A DNA stretch of 64,000 nt from Mobula hypostoma (Eukaryota). The stretch spans positions 201,006,001 through 201,070,000 of the forward strand of contig NC_086100.1 of assembly GCF_963921235.1 (NCBI RefSeq), written 5' to 3'. Positions 63,417 through 64,000 of this stretch are shown one piece after another. Positions within the stretch are counted from its first letter, which is position 1. Every line of letters begins with the position of its first letter. The notes under the pieces are model-generated. The model did no database searches, was not told the DNA's origin, and saw only the letters and a program-made list of their open reading frames with translations. A program made the translations under genes and the position numbers.

Positions 63417-63915
63417 GAGCTGGAGTTGGTAATATTCGGAATTGTTGGGACGGACTGTCATCGACTGGAGTTGGTAACATTCGGAATCGTGGGGATGGAG
63501 TGTCATCGACTGGAGTCGGTAACATTCGGAATCGTGGAGATGGAGTGTCATCGACTGGAGTCGGCAACATTCGGAATCGTCGGGAAGGAGTGTGTCACCG
63601 ACTGTAGTTGGTAACATTCGGAATCGTGAGACAGTGTCATCGACTGGAGTCGGTAACATTCGGAATCGTCGAGAAGGAGTGTCACCGACTGTAGTTGGTA
63701 ACATTCGGAATCGTCGGGACGGAGTGTCATCGACTGGAGTCGGTAACATTCGGAATCGTCGGGACGGAGTGTCATCGACTGGAGTCGGTAACATTCGGAA
63801 TCGTCGGGACGGAGTGTCATCGACTGGAGTCGGTAACATTCGGAATCGTCGGGACGGAGTGTCATCGACTGGAGTCGGTAACATTTGGAATCGTCGGGAC
63901 GGAGTGTGTCATCGA
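63417..63915. repeat. CpG-rich 45-bp minisatellite, ~11 copies
   Basis: Unit ggagtgtcatcgactggagtcggtaacattcggaatcgtcgggac starts at 63721, 63766, 63811 and 63856, with more diverged copies to the left. Confidence 0.95.
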
Positions 63916-64000
63916 TTTATCCAGCATGGAAACTGGCCCCTTAGCCCAACTGGTCTATGGTGATCACAATGTCACATCAAAACTAGGCCCATTCACCAGT

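Noticed and set aside
63417..63915. CRISPR-like array
   Set aside because: Units are head-to-tail with no unique spacers, there are no cas genes, and the context is a vertebrate intron.
57636..64000. Next ADAM catalytic-domain exon, including the HExxHxxGxxH zinc motif
   Set aside because: No convincing exon found by eye. It probably lies beyond the window, so catalytic competence cannot be judged.

Overview
Eukaryotic (vertebrate) genomic DNA. The repeat set (CR1, Rex1/Babar-like, L1, Penelope-like, V-SINE-like, Gypsy) suggests a cartilaginous fish; that assignment is inference. The window is the interior of one + strand ADAM-family metalloprotease gene. Five small GT-AG coding exons (1771-1847, 25595-25673, 34400-34476, 41061-41235, 57570-57635; 474 nt, 158 codons) splice in frame into the prodomain, cysteine switch, furin site and start of the catalytic domain. 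The introns are mostly transposons and tandem repeats, including a full-length decayed L1 with a 16-bp TSD, a nested CR1/Rex1/Gypsy/DNA-transposon stack and a solo LTR. The most interesting non-obvious signal is a family of minimal hammerhead-ribozyme motifs carried by Penelope-like (GIY-YIG) elements. One is a ~145-bp, TSD-flanked insert that is little more than the ribozyme plus a terminal tail, and one copy lies on the host pre-mRNA strand. PLE hammerheads are a known class, so I cannot claim a wholly new system from sequence alone. All calls are by eye, without database searches.
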